The position numbers were made by a program, and so were the translations under genes. 59,943 nucleotides of DNA, from assembly GCA_964578365.1 (NCBI GenBank), contig CAZOCS010000001.1, positions 1-59,943 of the forward strand, read 5' to 3'. Below, in pieces: positions 28,104 through 37,885 of this stretch (the stretch's first letter is position 1; each line of letters opens with the position of its first letter). The notes beneath the pieces were generated by a model. It saw nothing but the letters and a program-made list of their open reading frames with translations. It searched no databases and was not told the origin of the DNA. The stretch comes from an uncultured Candidatus Cloacimonadota bacterium. Lineage in GTDB: Bacteria; Cloacimonadota; Cloacimonadia; Cloacimonadales; TCS61.

Positions 28104-28642
28104 TGAAAACAGAAATAATTAGCTCCGGATTTGGTGGACAAGGTGCTCTTACAATTGGTAAATTTTTGGCAAAAGCAGGAATGGGAGAAGGACTTAATGT
28201 TTCATGGCTTCCTTCATACGGTCCTGAAATGCGTGGTGGAACTGCAAATGTTTCTGCTGTTATTTCCGACAAACCAATTGCTTCACCCTTAGTAACTTAT
28301 CCAGATGTACTTATAGCCTTAAATCAACCTTCTATTGATAAATTTGGTCCGGCTATTAAAAAAAATGGGCTGCTTATTTTTAATACGGATATGTGCCCAC
28401 ATGGTATAAAGCGTGAAGATATAACTATTATAAAAGCACCAATGAATCAAATTGCTAAAGAAATTGGAAGCATGATGGTTTTGAATATGGTTGCAATCGG
28501 TATTGTTATTGGTAAAACAGGGATCGTGAAATACGAAACTCTAGAAAATGATCTTTCAGGTTTTCTCAAGAAAAAGAATCCTGAGCTTTTGGAAGCAAAC
28601 CTTAAAGCTATAAAAAAGGGAATTGAAATAGGTAAGAAGTAA
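28103..28642 (+). CDS. korC: 2-oxoacid:ferredoxin oxidoreductase gamma subunit
   Basis: GFGGQGALTIGK...YGPEMRGG signature. The start overlaps the korB stop (TAATG). Confidence 0.9.
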   Translation: MKTEIISSGFGGQGALTIGKFLAKAGMGEGLNVSWLPSYGPEMRGGTANVSAVISDKPIASPLVTYPDVLIALNQPSIDKFGPAIKKNGLLIFNTDMCPHGIKREDITIIKAPMNQIAKEIGSMMVLNMVAIGIVIGKTGIVKYETLENDLSGFLKKKNPELLEANLKAIKKGIEIGKK

Positions 28643-28686
28643 TTATAACTTGTTTTTAGGTAAATAATAAAATGGTCTTGTTTGAT

Positions 28687-28720
28687 AAATAACCCGACAG
28701 AAACGTCGGGTTATTTATTT
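28687..28720 (+). terminator. Intrinsic terminator of the oxidoreductase operon
   Basis: aaataacccgac(28687..28698)/gtcgggttattt(28705..28716), a perfect 12-bp stem with loop agaaac and a T-rich tail. Confidence 0.8.
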
Positions 28721-28793
28721 ACACAATAAAATTAGTTTGACATTAATTTTATATATTTAAGTTCTATATCATTAAAACTAATTAGGAGGTAAC

Positions 28794-29405
28794 ATGAAAA
28801 TAAGTAAAATAGCAGTATTTGGACTATTAGTGATCATAATGATGATTGTAGGTTGCGCAGCACCTACTCGTACAGTTGAAAGAATTTCTGCAGAAGAGGT
28901 TACTGATCAAAGTGGTAATTGGAATGATACCGATTCACGATTGGTTGCAGAGCAGATGATAAAAGATTTGATGTACAGATCCTGGTTGCAGGAATTTGTT
29001 CTTGAAGAAGATAGAAAACCTGTGATGATAGTAGGAACTATCAGAAATTTTAGTTCTGAACATATTCAGGCAGATATTTTTGTTAAGGATATTGAAAGAG
29101 AGCTCATCAACAGCGGAAAAGTAAAATTTGTGGCAAGTAAGAAAGAGCGTGAAGAGATCAGAGATGAAAGAATGGAACAGCAATCTTATGCTAGTGATGA
29201 AACAGCAAAAAGACTAGCTGCAGAATCCGGTGCAGATTTCATACTTCTGGGTGGAATAAAATCTAATACAGATGCAAGTGGTGGAAAAGCAGTAAAATTC
29301 TATCAAGTGGATCTTGAACTTATCAATGTAGAATCCAACGAAAAAGTATGGATAGGATCAAAAGAAATTAAGAAATATGTTAAAAAAAATAAAGTCAAAT
29401 GGTAG
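28794..29405 (+). CDS. LpoB-like lipoprotein (COG3417/TIGR02722-type)
   Basis: Lipobox MIVGC. DSRLVAEQMIKDL...MIVGTIRN.S.EHI...FVKDIE..LINSGKV.FV...GADFILLGGI...YQVDLELINVES.EKVW follows the LpoB-family pattern as I recall it. Confidence 0.65.
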   Translation: MKISKIAVFGLLVIIMMIVGCAAPTRTVERISAEEVTDQSGNWNDTDSRLVAEQMIKDLMYRSWLQEFVLEEDRKPVMIVGTIRNFSSEHIQADIFVKDIERELINSGKVKFVASKKEREEIRDERMEQQSYASDETAKRLAAESGADFILLGGIKSNTDASGGKAVKFYQVDLELINVESNEKVWIGSKEIKKYVKKNKVKW

Positions 29406-29412
29406 TTCAAGA

Positions 29413-30807
29413 ATGAACCGAATACTCAATGTATTTCTTATTCTTTTAATTTTGTTTGCAATAAGTTGTGCAAATACAAAAAGCTCTAAAGCACAGTTTG
29501 TGGGAATTGATGATAAAATTATCTCTCATGACTATCAAGGAGCCCTAAACCAGATCAAAAAAGCTAAAGAAAAATTTTATAAAGAGAAAGAAAAAGCGTT
29601 ATATTATGTGGACGCAGGAATGCTGCATCACTACAATGGTGATTTTGAACAAAGTAACAAACTACTTTCCAAAGCAGAAACTGCTTTTGATGAATTATAC
29701 ACTAAAAGTTTAAGCCGTGGAGCAGCTTCAATGTTATTGAATGATAACGTTCTAGAATACTCCGGTGAGGATTATGAGGACGTATATCTCAATGTCTTCA
29801 AAGCACTTAATTATGTTGAGCTAGATAAATTTGATGATGCTTTTGTTGAGATCAGAAAGATTAATGAGAAACTATCTTTGCTTGAGCAGAAGCACAAAAA
29901 AATGGCAAAACAATATAACTCCTCCAAAGATAAGAAGAAGAATTTTGAGACAGGTAAGAATAAGTTCCATAATTCTGCTCTTGGAAGATATTTGAGCATG
30001 CTTCTTTACCGTGCCGAAGGTAAGATGGATGATGCCAGAATTGATAAAGAAAAAATTGATGAAGCCTGGCAATTACAGTCTCATATTTATAATTTCAGCA
30101 AACCGTCTTTAAATAGCTATCTTAAAAGAACCGATAAAGCAAAGATCAATCTTGTATCGTTTACCGGTAGAGCTCCCGATAAGAAAGCAAATACACTATA
30201 TATTCACACAGAAAAGGATTTGGTTGTAATTGGAACTACAAAAGAAAATCCCCGTGGAAAACAAAATTTGGAAACTCTGGATCTGATAAAATGGGAGGAT
30301 ATGAAAAAAGGATATCACTTTAAATTCCAACTTCCATTCTTAAAAAAAAGGAAATCTAATATTGGAAGGATAGAAGTTATTATTGATGGAAAAATATCCG
30401 CAGATCTTCAGCAAATAGAAGATATCGAGAAAGTTGCATTAGAAACATTCAAAATTAAAGAACCTATGCTCTATCTAAAAACAATAACCAGAACTATTCT
30501 TAAGGGACTTTTTGCAGCAAAACGCAAAGAAGAGATGGAGAAAAAAATAGATAATGCACTTTTAGGATTTGCAGCTAGATTGGCTACCGACGCGGTTGTG
30601 GATGCAACTGAAAACGCTGATCTTAGAATATCCAGATTCTTTCCGGCAAAAACTTCTGTAGCTGAAATTGAAGTAACTCCGGGAATACATAACATCAAAG
30701 TAAAATATTATTCAAAAAATGGCTCTGTACTTTTTGTTGATGATCTTGGCGATAAAAACGTTTCAAAATCAGGATTGAATTTATTTGAATCATTTTATCT
30801 AAATTAA
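29413..30807 (+). CDS. Large lipoprotein of unknown function with an N-terminal TPR-like region (COG3014-like?)
   Basis: Lipobox LFAISC after the ATG at 29413; the track ORF starts 12 codons upstream. 464 aa with a K/E-rich central segment. Only 7 nt after the preceding gene. Confidence 0.6.
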   Translation: MNRILNVFLILLILFAISCANTKSSKAQFVGIDDKIISHDYQGALNQIKKAKEKFYKEKEKALYYVDAGMLHHYNGDFEQSNKLLSKAETAFDELYTKSLSRGAASMLLNDNVLEYSGEDYEDVYLNVFKALNYVELDKFDDAFVEIRKINEKLSLLEQKHKKMAKQYNSSKDKKKNFETGKNKFHNSALGRYLSMLLYRAEGKMDDARIDKEKIDEAWQLQSHIYNFSKPSLNSYLKRTDKAKINLVSFTGRAPDKKANTLYIHTEKDLVVIGTTKENPRGKQNLETLDLIKWEDMKKGYHFKFQLPFLKKRKSNIGRIEVIIDGKISADLQQIEDIEKVALETFKIKEPMLYLKTITRTILKGLFAAKRKEEMEKKIDNALLGFAARLATDAVVDATENADLRISRFFPAKTSVAEIEVTPGIHNIKVKYYSKNGSVLFVDDLGDKNVSKSGLNLFESFYLN

Positions 30808-30828
30808 AGTTAAATAATGAGAGGAAAT

Positions 30829-31851
30829 ATGAAAAAAACAATTTTACTATCAATTATTATTATTCTCATACTTTCATGTGCCACACAAGCCAAGAAAAGA
30901 AAAGGTTCCAAACCGGAATGGCTTAAGAACCCAAAAGCTGTTTATTCAGAGCAGATGTATCTTACAGCTATTGGTGAGGGAGATTCAAGAAGTGATGCAG
31001 AAAATATGGCTGCCGGCAAATTGGCTCAAATATTTGAATCTAACATCAAAGCAGAAGAGACAGTTAATCAGCGCTATATGGAACTAACTAAAAACAATAA
31101 AACCAGCACAGAAGAACAAACCGATGTAACTAAAAGTGTGAATATTAAATCACAACAAACGCTTTTTAATATCCAATATGGAGAAAGTTATACAGATGAT
31201 GTCGGGCAAGTTCATGCTATTGCTTTTCTAAATAGAATGAAGACGGCAGAGATCTATGAAAGTAAAATTAATAAAAATGCAAGCCGTATAGATTATTTCT
31301 TAGGAATTGCTGATAAGTCTGCTGATCCAATTCTTAAATATGCGGCAATGAACGCAGCATCTGCTGTAAGCTCCATTAATGAATCGCTTCTTGCTCAACT
31401 TATTATTATTTTTCCTTCTGCTATTGATATGCTTGAGATAAACTATAATCACGTCACAATTGTAAAAGATGCTAAAAAATCAGCTGCAGCAATCTCATGT
31501 AAAATTGAAATACAAAATGATGAAGAAAATAAGATCACGATATTACTGGAAGAACTTGTTAACGATCTGGGATTTGTACTTTCCGAAGATAATGTATTAA
31601 AAATTGAAGGTGGTATATTACTGGAAAAAACAGATCTAAAGCGTGATCTTGAATTTATTCGATATGAATTACAGATAAATGTAACAGATAATAAAGATAA
31701 TGTTATTGTCTCTATGTCTGAGAAGGGCAAGGAAGGGCATGTTTCTGCCTCGGAGGCAAAGGCACGTGCAATTCGCACACTGGGCAAACAGATCAATAAG
31801 CAGCTAAAGAAGAAATTGATCTCATATCTTGACGGAATGGTTATCCAATAG
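30829..31851 (+). CDS. LPP20-like lipoprotein
   Basis: Lipobox LILSC after the ATG at 30829. YLTAIGEGDSRSDAENMAAGKLAQIF resembles the LPP20 lipoprotein-domain start. Confidence 0.55.
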   Translation: MKKTILLSIIIILILSCATQAKKRKGSKPEWLKNPKAVYSEQMYLTAIGEGDSRSDAENMAAGKLAQIFESNIKAEETVNQRYMELTKNNKTSTEEQTDVTKSVNIKSQQTLFNIQYGESYTDDVGQVHAIAFLNRMKTAEIYESKINKNASRIDYFLGIADKSADPILKYAAMNAASAVSSINESLLAQLIIIFPSAIDMLEINYNHVTIVKDAKKSAAAISCKIEIQNDEENKITILLEELVNDLGFVLSEDNVLKIEGGILLEKTDLKRDLEFIRYELQINVTDNKDNVIVSMSEKGKEGHVSASEAKARAIRTLGKQINKQLKKKLISYLDGMVIQ

Positions 31852-31883
31852 CTATTAATCATCGGTGAACAAAGGGAAAATTT

Positions 31884-32300
31884 ATGAAATCCTACCGAAA
31901 AGAATTATGGTTTAGTACATCCAGCCGTAGAGAATTAATAAATATCACTTCCGATATTAATACTTGTCTTCTGGAGAGTGGAATTATGCAAGGACTTTGC
32001 CTGGTCAATGCTATGCACATTACGGCTAGTGTATTTATCAATGATGATGAATCTGGACTTCATAACGATTTTGAAAAATGGTTGGAAAAACTTGCTCCCG
32101 AAAAACCATATTCACAATATCAACATAATGGATTTGAAGACAATGCCGATGCACATCTCAAGAGAACAATAATGGGAAGAGAAGTAGTTGTTGCTATCAC
32201 TGATGGTAAATTGGATTTCGGACCATGGGAACAGATATTTTATGGTGAATTTGATGGCATGCGAAAGAAACGTCTTCTTGTAAAAATAATCGGAGAATGA
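31884..32300 (+). CDS. yjbQ: YjbQ/UPF0047 family protein (secondary thiamine-phosphate synthase enzyme)
   Basis: 138 aa. NITSDI...[20 protein letters not shown]...[14 protein letters not shown]...[28 protein letters not shown] matches UPF0047 end to end. Ends in TGA. Confidence 0.88.
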   Translation: MKSYRKELWFSTSSRRELINITSDINTCLLESGIMQGLCLVNAMHITASVFINDDESGLHNDFEKWLEKLAPEKPYSQYQHNGFEDNADAHLKRTIMGREVVVAITDGKLDFGPWEQIFYGEFDGMRKKRLLVKIIGE

Positions 32301-32301
32301 T

Positions 32302-33171
32302 ATGAGAGCTATATTTATAGTTTTATCAGTTTTTTTAGTTTCATTGGTTTTTGCACAATTTGAATTTGATAGTTCGCATCTGTTAAAAGATCCATCTGTA
32401 TCTTCAGAGCTATATAAAACATGTACAATATTTCATGTTGAAAAAATTCAGATCGCACCGGAGATAGAATTTACAAAAAGTCAGCAAAATTTAAAAATCC
32501 CAATCTCATGCCCATGGCAGAGTTTTGTTTTTGGAGCCCATCTTCCAATTATTAGAAAAACAATAACTTATGACGATAAAAGTAAAAGTCCTATTGGTAT
32601 CGGGGATATGTCTGTTACAGCTGCTTTCAGATCGTATTTTAAAGGAGATATAAAAGGATGGCAAATTGATTATGCAGGAAATTTTACACTAAAACTTCCA
32701 ACAGGTGATAAAGACAAAACAGTAACAATAGAGGATTTTGATTATACTGCACCTATGGGCTCTGGATCTCTAGATATGATATTTTCGGGTAATTTCCTCT
32801 TTAAAAGAGGAGTATATTCAGAACTATTTATCGATATACAGTACAGGTTGAACGGACGTAATAAGGATGAGGTAAAATTAGGGAATTCGTTTAATATAAA
32901 GGGTAAATATGGCTTTATCCAGTTTGAACCAAAATTTGATGGATATATTACGATTCTAGTACTATCCACTGGAGATGGTGATGTAAATGACCCAATTGGA
33001 CCAGATAAGATAGAATCTAGTATGTTTATTATTGATATTATTCCTGGATTGCATTATCTTACTTCGTTGGGAATGGCAAAAGTGAGCATAGCTGTTCCAT
33101 TAATTACAAGAGCAGACATTAAATTCACGCGGGATATTTCAGTAAGATTTGGACTTTCTAAAGAGTTTTAG
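32302..33171 (+). CDS. Putative outer-membrane beta-barrel protein (MetA-pathway/phenol-degradation-like transporter family?)
   Basis: Signal peptide MRAIFIVLSVFLVSLVFA. Alternating beta-strand pattern, GIGDM and LPTGDKD motifs, and a C-terminal aromatic residue (..KEF). Confidence 0.45.
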   Translation: MRAIFIVLSVFLVSLVFAQFEFDSSHLLKDPSVSSELYKTCTIFHVEKIQIAPEIEFTKSQQNLKIPISCPWQSFVFGAHLPIIRKTITYDDKSKSPIGIGDMSVTAAFRSYFKGDIKGWQIDYAGNFTLKLPTGDKDKTVTIEDFDYTAPMGSGSLDMIFSGNFLFKRGVYSELFIDIQYRLNGRNKDEVKLGNSFNIKGKYGFIQFEPKFDGYITILVLSTGDGDVNDPIGPDKIESSMFIIDIIPGLHYLTSLGMAKVSIAVPLITRADIKFTRDISVRFGLSKEF

Positions 33172-33224
33172 ATATATTTTGAATCAGATAACATAATTCT
33201 AAAAAGGGTAAGACAATTACAGCG

Positions 33225-33268
33225 GCTTAAGTTGAAAGGTATCTTCATCCTAAATCTTCGAACTAAGC
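33225..33268. repeat. Imperfect hairpin in the convergent intergenic region. One arm is related to the 5433..5495 repeat.
   Basis: gcttaagttgaa(33225..33236) pairs with ttcgaactaagc(33257..33268) with two bulges. The minus-strand reading ttgagcttagttcgaagat resembles ctgagcttgtcgaagga at 5440..5456. Confidence 0.45.
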
Positions 33269-33338
33269 TCAAGATTACTCAAGCTTAGAATAATAATTAA
33301 ATTTGAAAACAGTACAAGCCAATATACTCAAAAACGAA

Positions 33339-34178
33339 CTATCTCTTCTGTATCTTCAAAAATACTTCATCCATTTTTTGTAAAAATTCAGGATCGATTC
33401 GTTTTGAATCCCAATCCACGCCCCAATGAAGGTGATTTCCTGTTGAACGACCGCTAGAACCGACCTCACCGATCTTCTCACCCCTGAGAATATAATCTCC
33501 AATTCCCACATTAATGGAACTCATATGGATGTAAATGGAGCTTAATCCACCACCATGATCTAAAAGCACAAACTTGCCATTATAATAATAATTACCTGTT
33601 AGTGCAACAATGCCGGTTGTCATTGCAAAAATATCTGTTCCCTTTGGGGCAGCAATATCAAGTCCGTTATGTGGGGAAACTGTAATACCGTTCAATATTC
33701 TATTACTGCCAAAAACTCCTGTTATCTCTCCATTTTCTACAGGGATCCTAAAATCATCTAAGTAAATAAATTGGTTGTTTCGAATATTTTCGCGAATATC
33801 TTGCAGCGTAGAATATTCATTTTCGATCCTGCATATCACATCCGGATCTGTCGGATCTTCTAAATATTCAGGTGGGATATCATCAATTCTTTGTGTTTCA
33901 TATTCTTGCTTTGTCAGGTAAAATTTAATTGTTTTCATTTCACCACTTTTCATTACATAGGTTATATGATGACGAAGTTTTGCATCGCGGTCAAAACCTA
34001 TTAGGGCTATATTATTAAAGATCTTGATCTCATTATGATCGAGGAATAATTTTTCTATTGAGCTGTCAGTTTTGCAAATGAGAATTCCACCCTGAACCGG
34101 ATTACCACGTATAGAGATCAGCTCTTTAGCATTTATTTGAATAGTCAGTATCAAGAACAGTGCAAGTAATTTTTTCAT
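33339..34178 (-). CDS. M23-family (LytM-type) metallopeptidase
   Basis: HNGLDIAAPKGTDI and GRSTGNHLHWGV zinc-ligand motifs. Signal peptide. Begins 8 nt after batE. Confidence 0.9.
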   Translation of the reverse strand: MKKLLALFLILTIQINAKELISIRGNPVQGGILICKTDSSIEKLFLDHNEIKIFNNIALIGFDRDAKLRHHITYVMKSGEMKTIKFYLTKQEYETQRIDDIPPEYLEDPTDPDVICRIENEYSTLQDIRENIRNNQFIYLDDFRIPVENGEITGVFGSNRILNGITVSPHNGLDIAAPKGTDIFAMTTGIVALTGNYYYNGKFVLLDHGGGLSSIYIHMSSINVGIGDYILRGEKIGEVGSSGRSTGNHLHWGVDWDSKRIDPEFLQKMDEVFLKIQKR

Positions 34179-34186
34179 ATGTATAA

Positions 34187-34963
34187 TTATAGTTCTATTC
34201 TAACAAAAGTATCTTTACTTATCCAACCACCTAATCCGTTCTCCAACTTGATCAAACTCCAGTTCTCTTCGTCTCTTTCTATGGTGAATATCATTCCTTC
34301 ATGAATTGTGAAAACCCGGGTAAAATCTTCTCCGGGCCCACTATATCCGATAGTAGACGTGCTGAGTAGAACTCCTTCGTCATCACTATGAAATTCCTGC
34401 CATTTTAATATGCTGATAATAAGAAAAACTGAGAAGAGAAAGATGAAGATCGTTGTCATAAATAATTGAACTGTTTTCTCGCGGTTTTTGTAATGAATTA
34501 TCATAAAACTGATAAGTACTATAATTATCATAAATAAAGCGAGTGTGATGATAGCCAAAAGATTAATAGAAAGTGAATCAAATGCCTTTAGCCAGAATGA
34601 TCTTATAACACTTTCACTTTCGGAATTCTGTTTATCTTTGGTAAAAGTAAGAGCGTAATCCAGATTTCTTCTGGCAGACTGATGATCGGATCTTACCTTT
34701 AGAGCTTTTTTGAAATAAAGAATAGCTCTGCCGATCTCATTTATTCTGAAATAACAGTTTCCAATGTTGTAATAAAGGTCAGAATTAACTATTCCTTCAT
34801 TTTCAATAAGACTAAATTTTTCTAATGCAGTTTGATAATCTTTGTCATTATATGAGTTAATCGCTTCTTCGTATATTGCATCTATCTGACTAACGGCAAA
34901 GATGTTGGCTGCCAAGAATACTAATATGAGTGTGGATATCGTTTTTTTTATAATCATGATCAA
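34187..34963 (-). CDS. batE: BatE-like protein (TPR repeats, TM segments, C-terminal SH3b-like domain)
   Basis: TPR-like YYNIGNCYFRINEIGRAILYFKKAL. Two TM helices. C-terminal WSLIKLENGLGGWISKDTF is SH3b-like. Last position in a Bat operon. Confidence 0.7.
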   Translation of the reverse strand: MIMIIKKTISTLILVFLAANIFAVSQIDAIYEEAINSYNDKDYQTALEKFSLIENEGIVNSDLYYNIGNCYFRINEIGRAILYFKKALKVRSDHQSARRNLDYALTFTKDKQNSESESVIRSFWLKAFDSLSINLLAIITLALFMIIIVLISFMIIHYKNREKTVQLFMTTIFIFLFSVFLIISILKWQEFHSDDEGVLLSTSTIGYSGPGEDFTRVFTIHEGMIFTIERDEENWSLIKLENGLGGWISKDTFVRIEL

Positions 34964-34972
34964 CTCACTTTA

Positions 34973-36745
34973 TTACAATTTACACTTTGTGATCTCATTG
35001 ATCGTCTCTTTGATCAGTTGAAAATCTGTTTCTATTCTCTCTTTAGAAAATCCACCTGGCATAAACCGTGCCTGATCGCAGGTTTCAAAAAGTGTCTGTA
35101 TTTTTTTGATCAATTCTTCTGATATATCTCTTAGATTCATTTTAGATAAAATGTTTTCGGTGGAACTTCCTCGCGGTTCTTTTAGTTTATCTGCCAAATA
35201 GCTGCTCAATCCTAACTGTGCGGCGGCATAGAATCCTGAGTCATCTTGTGCTGCCAAGATACTTGCTTCTTTCATATATTTTTTTAAGATCTTATTTGCT
35301 TGTTTTTGACGGATGTAATCAACATTTCCTTTTAACTTCGCTTTCTCTTTAGAATATAATATTGAGGTGGGAATGAGAAGTAATATCATAAACCAGATAA
35401 ACCAGTAAAAAAACATATCATAATAAATTTTCTTTGAAGCTAAAGCGCTGTCTGTGATGATGAAACCGATATCTGAACCTTCCAGACTAACTATAGATTG
35501 TGCAGCACTGCTGGCAACATATGTAAGGTCACCTTCTCCGATCTTCAATTGGTATGGTTTAGTTTGCTGAGTTTTGTAGCTTTGGGCTGAAGTATCAAAA
35601 TATGTAAATGGAACAGACGGCAATGTGTAATTTCCCTTTTCCTGAGCTATGATCAAGTATTTAATTGTCTTCTTACCGGATATCTTGTTCTTATTAATAT
35701 CTGTGGTAATCTCCGGATCTAAGAATCTTAAGTTATTCACTTCCTTCAATTTTGGAACATCAAACTGCTTCAGATTTCCGGTCCCGCTAATCGTGATCGT
35801 ATAAGTAAATGAATCACCAACATTTAACTGGGTCTGGCTGATATTACTGGAAAGCTTGAATTTTCCTACGGCATTTGAGTAGGAGCTTTGTTTATTTTGA
35901 GGTATTGTCCGTATATTTACCGATATCGGCTTATTCTTAATGTTGTATCTCTTGGTTGTTCCAAAATCAAAGAAACTATGTGATTGAGTTCGAATATCAA
36001 CATTCAAGGCTACTGAAGGAATACTCATCTTCCCGCTTTTAGTTGGGAACAATGCAACTGAACGAATCAACATCACATTGTACATCACGCCATTGTATGT
36101 TTCACGATCGAAGCTTATACTCTCGGGTTTGTAGATATCTTCTTTCCAGAAACCTTCGAAATTCGTATCTCCGGCAAAAGAAAGATTGGCTATATCATAT
36201 CTGGAATAGAGCTTATATTCTACAATTATTGGTTCTTCTACATATACATTTTTTTTACTGATGTTTGCTTTTAAAAAAAGATTATCTGAGAGATCTAATG
36301 ATGAATTTGGTTGCTGAGTAAATGATGATGATGTTGGTGGAGCCGGTTGAGTAGTACCCTCTGAAACTTTTATATGAATAGGATCGGTTGTAAATGACTT
36401 ATCTTCGATCTTTATAGTTATTGGTGGGATTATATGATTTCCAATTTTATTGGGACGCAAAGTGTAAGTGAAACTTTTTGTAACTTTGGATGTCATTTTT
36501 CCGTTAACAATAGAATAGTTGGATGAGGATGAAGTGGAGGAACCAAGGTTCTCAAAGTTTTCTATTTTTGGTAATCTTGGAGTGGAAATATTACCCATTT
36601 TTTCACCGGAGATCTCAATTGTATATTTAACCAGATCAGAAGTTCCAACCTTGGTTCTATCAACATAAGATTCAACCTCTATATCCTGCGCAATTAGAAG
36701 TTGGCCGATTAAAAGTATACTTAATACCAAAATTATTTTCTTCAT
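34973..36745 (-). CDS. batD: BatD-like protein (oxygen-tolerance family)
   Basis: 590 aa. Signal peptide, repeated beta-rich modules (VDRTKVGTSDLVKYTIEISG, LNVGDSFTYTITISGTGN), a late TM helix and a cytoplasmic tail. This is the architecture and operon position of BatD. Confidence 0.75.
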   Translation of the reverse strand: MKKIILVLSILLIGQLLIAQDIEVESYVDRTKVGTSDLVKYTIEISGEKMGNISTPRLPKIENFENLGSSTSSSSNYSIVNGKMTSKVTKSFTYTLRPNKIGNHIIPPITIKIEDKSFTTDPIHIKVSEGTTQPAPPTSSSFTQQPNSSLDLSDNLFLKANISKKNVYVEEPIIVEYKLYSRYDIANLSFAGDTNFEGFWKEDIYKPESISFDRETYNGVMYNVMLIRSVALFPTKSGKMSIPSVALNVDIRTQSHSFFDFGTTKRYNIKNKPISVNIRTIPQNKQSSYSNAVGKFKLSSNISQTQLNVGDSFTYTITISGTGNLKQFDVPKLKEVNNLRFLDPEITTDINKNKISGKKTIKYLIIAQEKGNYTLPSVPFTYFDTSAQSYKTQQTKPYQLKIGEGDLTYVASSAAQSIVSLEGSDIGFIITDSALASKKIYYDMFFYWFIWFMILLLIPTSILYSKEKAKLKGNVDYIRQKQANKILKKYMKEASILAAQDDSGFYAAAQLGLSSYLADKLKEPRGSSTENILSKMNLRDISEELIKKIQTLFETCDQARFMPGGFSKERIETDFQLIKETINEITKCKL

Positions 36746-36773
36746 CTTATACCTTATAGAATCTCATGATGAT

Positions 36774-37220
36774 CTACCAGTACTTACCGGTTTTTGTTCT
36801 GTCAACATTCATTTTCTCTTTCTCTTTTTTCATCTCTTCTTTTTCTTTTTGCAATAGAGCTTTTAACATTTTCTCCGCATCTTCTTTCTTTTCTTCTTTT
36901 TGTTTTTCTTCCTGAGATTTCTGTTTTTGTTCCTGCTTTTGTTCCTCTTGTTTTTGCTCTTTCTCTTTTTGCTCATCATTTTGTTTGTCTTGTTGTTGCT
37001 GCTGTTCTTCTTCTTGAAGTTCTTTTTCGATAATAGCAAGTAGTCTCTTTAAATCTGCATTATTAGGATCTTTCTGCAATCCTGCACTAACAGTTTTATG
37101 AGCTTTAGTAAGTTGACTATTCAATAATTGATGTGCCCCGATATGAAAATAATCTTCTGCTGTTTGAGCTATTAGAAAACAAGCAGAAGCAAGGACTATT
37201 ATTATTATTAGGTATCTCAT
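36774..37220 (-). CDS. Small secreted/anchored TPR-like protein with a K/E/Q-rich low-complexity tail (BatC-like)
   Basis: Signal/anchor MRYLIIIIVLASACFLIA, one TPR-like unit, then QEEEQQQQQDKQNDEQKEKEQKQEEQKQEQKQK... Begins 2 nt after the preceding TPR gene. Confidence 0.6.
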   Translation of the reverse strand: MRYLIIIIVLASACFLIAQTAEDYFHIGAHQLLNSQLTKAHKTVSAGLQKDPNNADLKRLLAIIEKELQEEEQQQQQDKQNDEQKEKEQKQEEQKQEQKQKSQEEKQKEEKKEDAEKMLKALLQKEKEEMKKEKEKMNVDRTKTGKYW

Positions 37221-37222
37221 AT

Positions 37223-37885
37223 CTATCCCTTTATATCAGCTACTTTACCAAGACGTTCGATAAATTTTTTATAAGCAATAACAGATTCATCTTTGACCAA
37301 TCCTTCTTTCATAACATTATGTGCTTTGCGATATTTGTTTCTTGAAACAAGATCATCTGCTTGTGCTTTAATGTTTTTTGCAAATTCTGATGGTTCTTTC
37401 GGTTCAGGGGGTTCACCACTTTGATTTTCTTGTTTTTCCTTCTGCTGTCGCTGTAGCATTCTGGCAGCAAGTTCGTAATTGTAGCGTGCATCTATATTCT
37501 GTGGATCTTCAACCAAAGCATCCCGATAATTCTTTATAGCGTTTTTGTAATCTTTTTGCAGGAATTTTACGTTCCCAAGATTTTGTAATGCTTTTGACCT
37601 GTCTTTGAATTTCTCATTGTTTAGAGCAAGTTTATAATTCTGTTCAGCATCTTCCAGTAAGCCATTCTTAACCTGAGCATTTGCCTGATTAAAATGCAAT
37701 CGGGAATCTTTGGGATATTTAATGGCATTACGTTCGAAATTTCTCTCAGAATTCTCAAAATCTTCTTTATCATAAGATTTAACACCTTTTAAGTTTCTGA
37801 TGACTTTATCGTAATTCACAACATCAGAAAACAAAGTGCTGAAAGATATCAGCAGAATCAGTAGAATTAGAAATTTAGTTTTCAT
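37223..37885 (-). CDS. batC: BatC-like TPR protein
   Basis: Signal peptide and TPR units (ALQNLGNVKFLQKDYKNAIKNYRDAL). The start overlaps the batB stop (TAATG at 37883..37887). Confidence 0.7.
   Translation of the reverse strand: MKTKFLILLILLISFSTLFSDVVNYDKVIRNLKGVKSYDKEDFENSERNFERNAIKYPKDSRLHFNQANAQVKNGLLEDAEQNYKLALNNEKFKDRSKALQNLGNVKFLQKDYKNAIKNYRDALVEDPQNIDARYNYELAARMLQRQQKEKQENQSGEPPEPKEPSEFAKNIKAQADDLVSRNKYRKAHNVMKEGLVKDESVIAYKKFIERLGKVADIKG

Noticed and set aside
36774-37033. Highly repetitive GAA/AAG/CAA-rich DNA, considered as a possible simple-sequence repeat or contingency locus
   Set aside because: It is in frame within a CDS and encodes a K/E/Q-rich tail. The units are irregular rather than exact tandem copies. 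It is better explained as a low-complexity protein region of a BatC-like protein.
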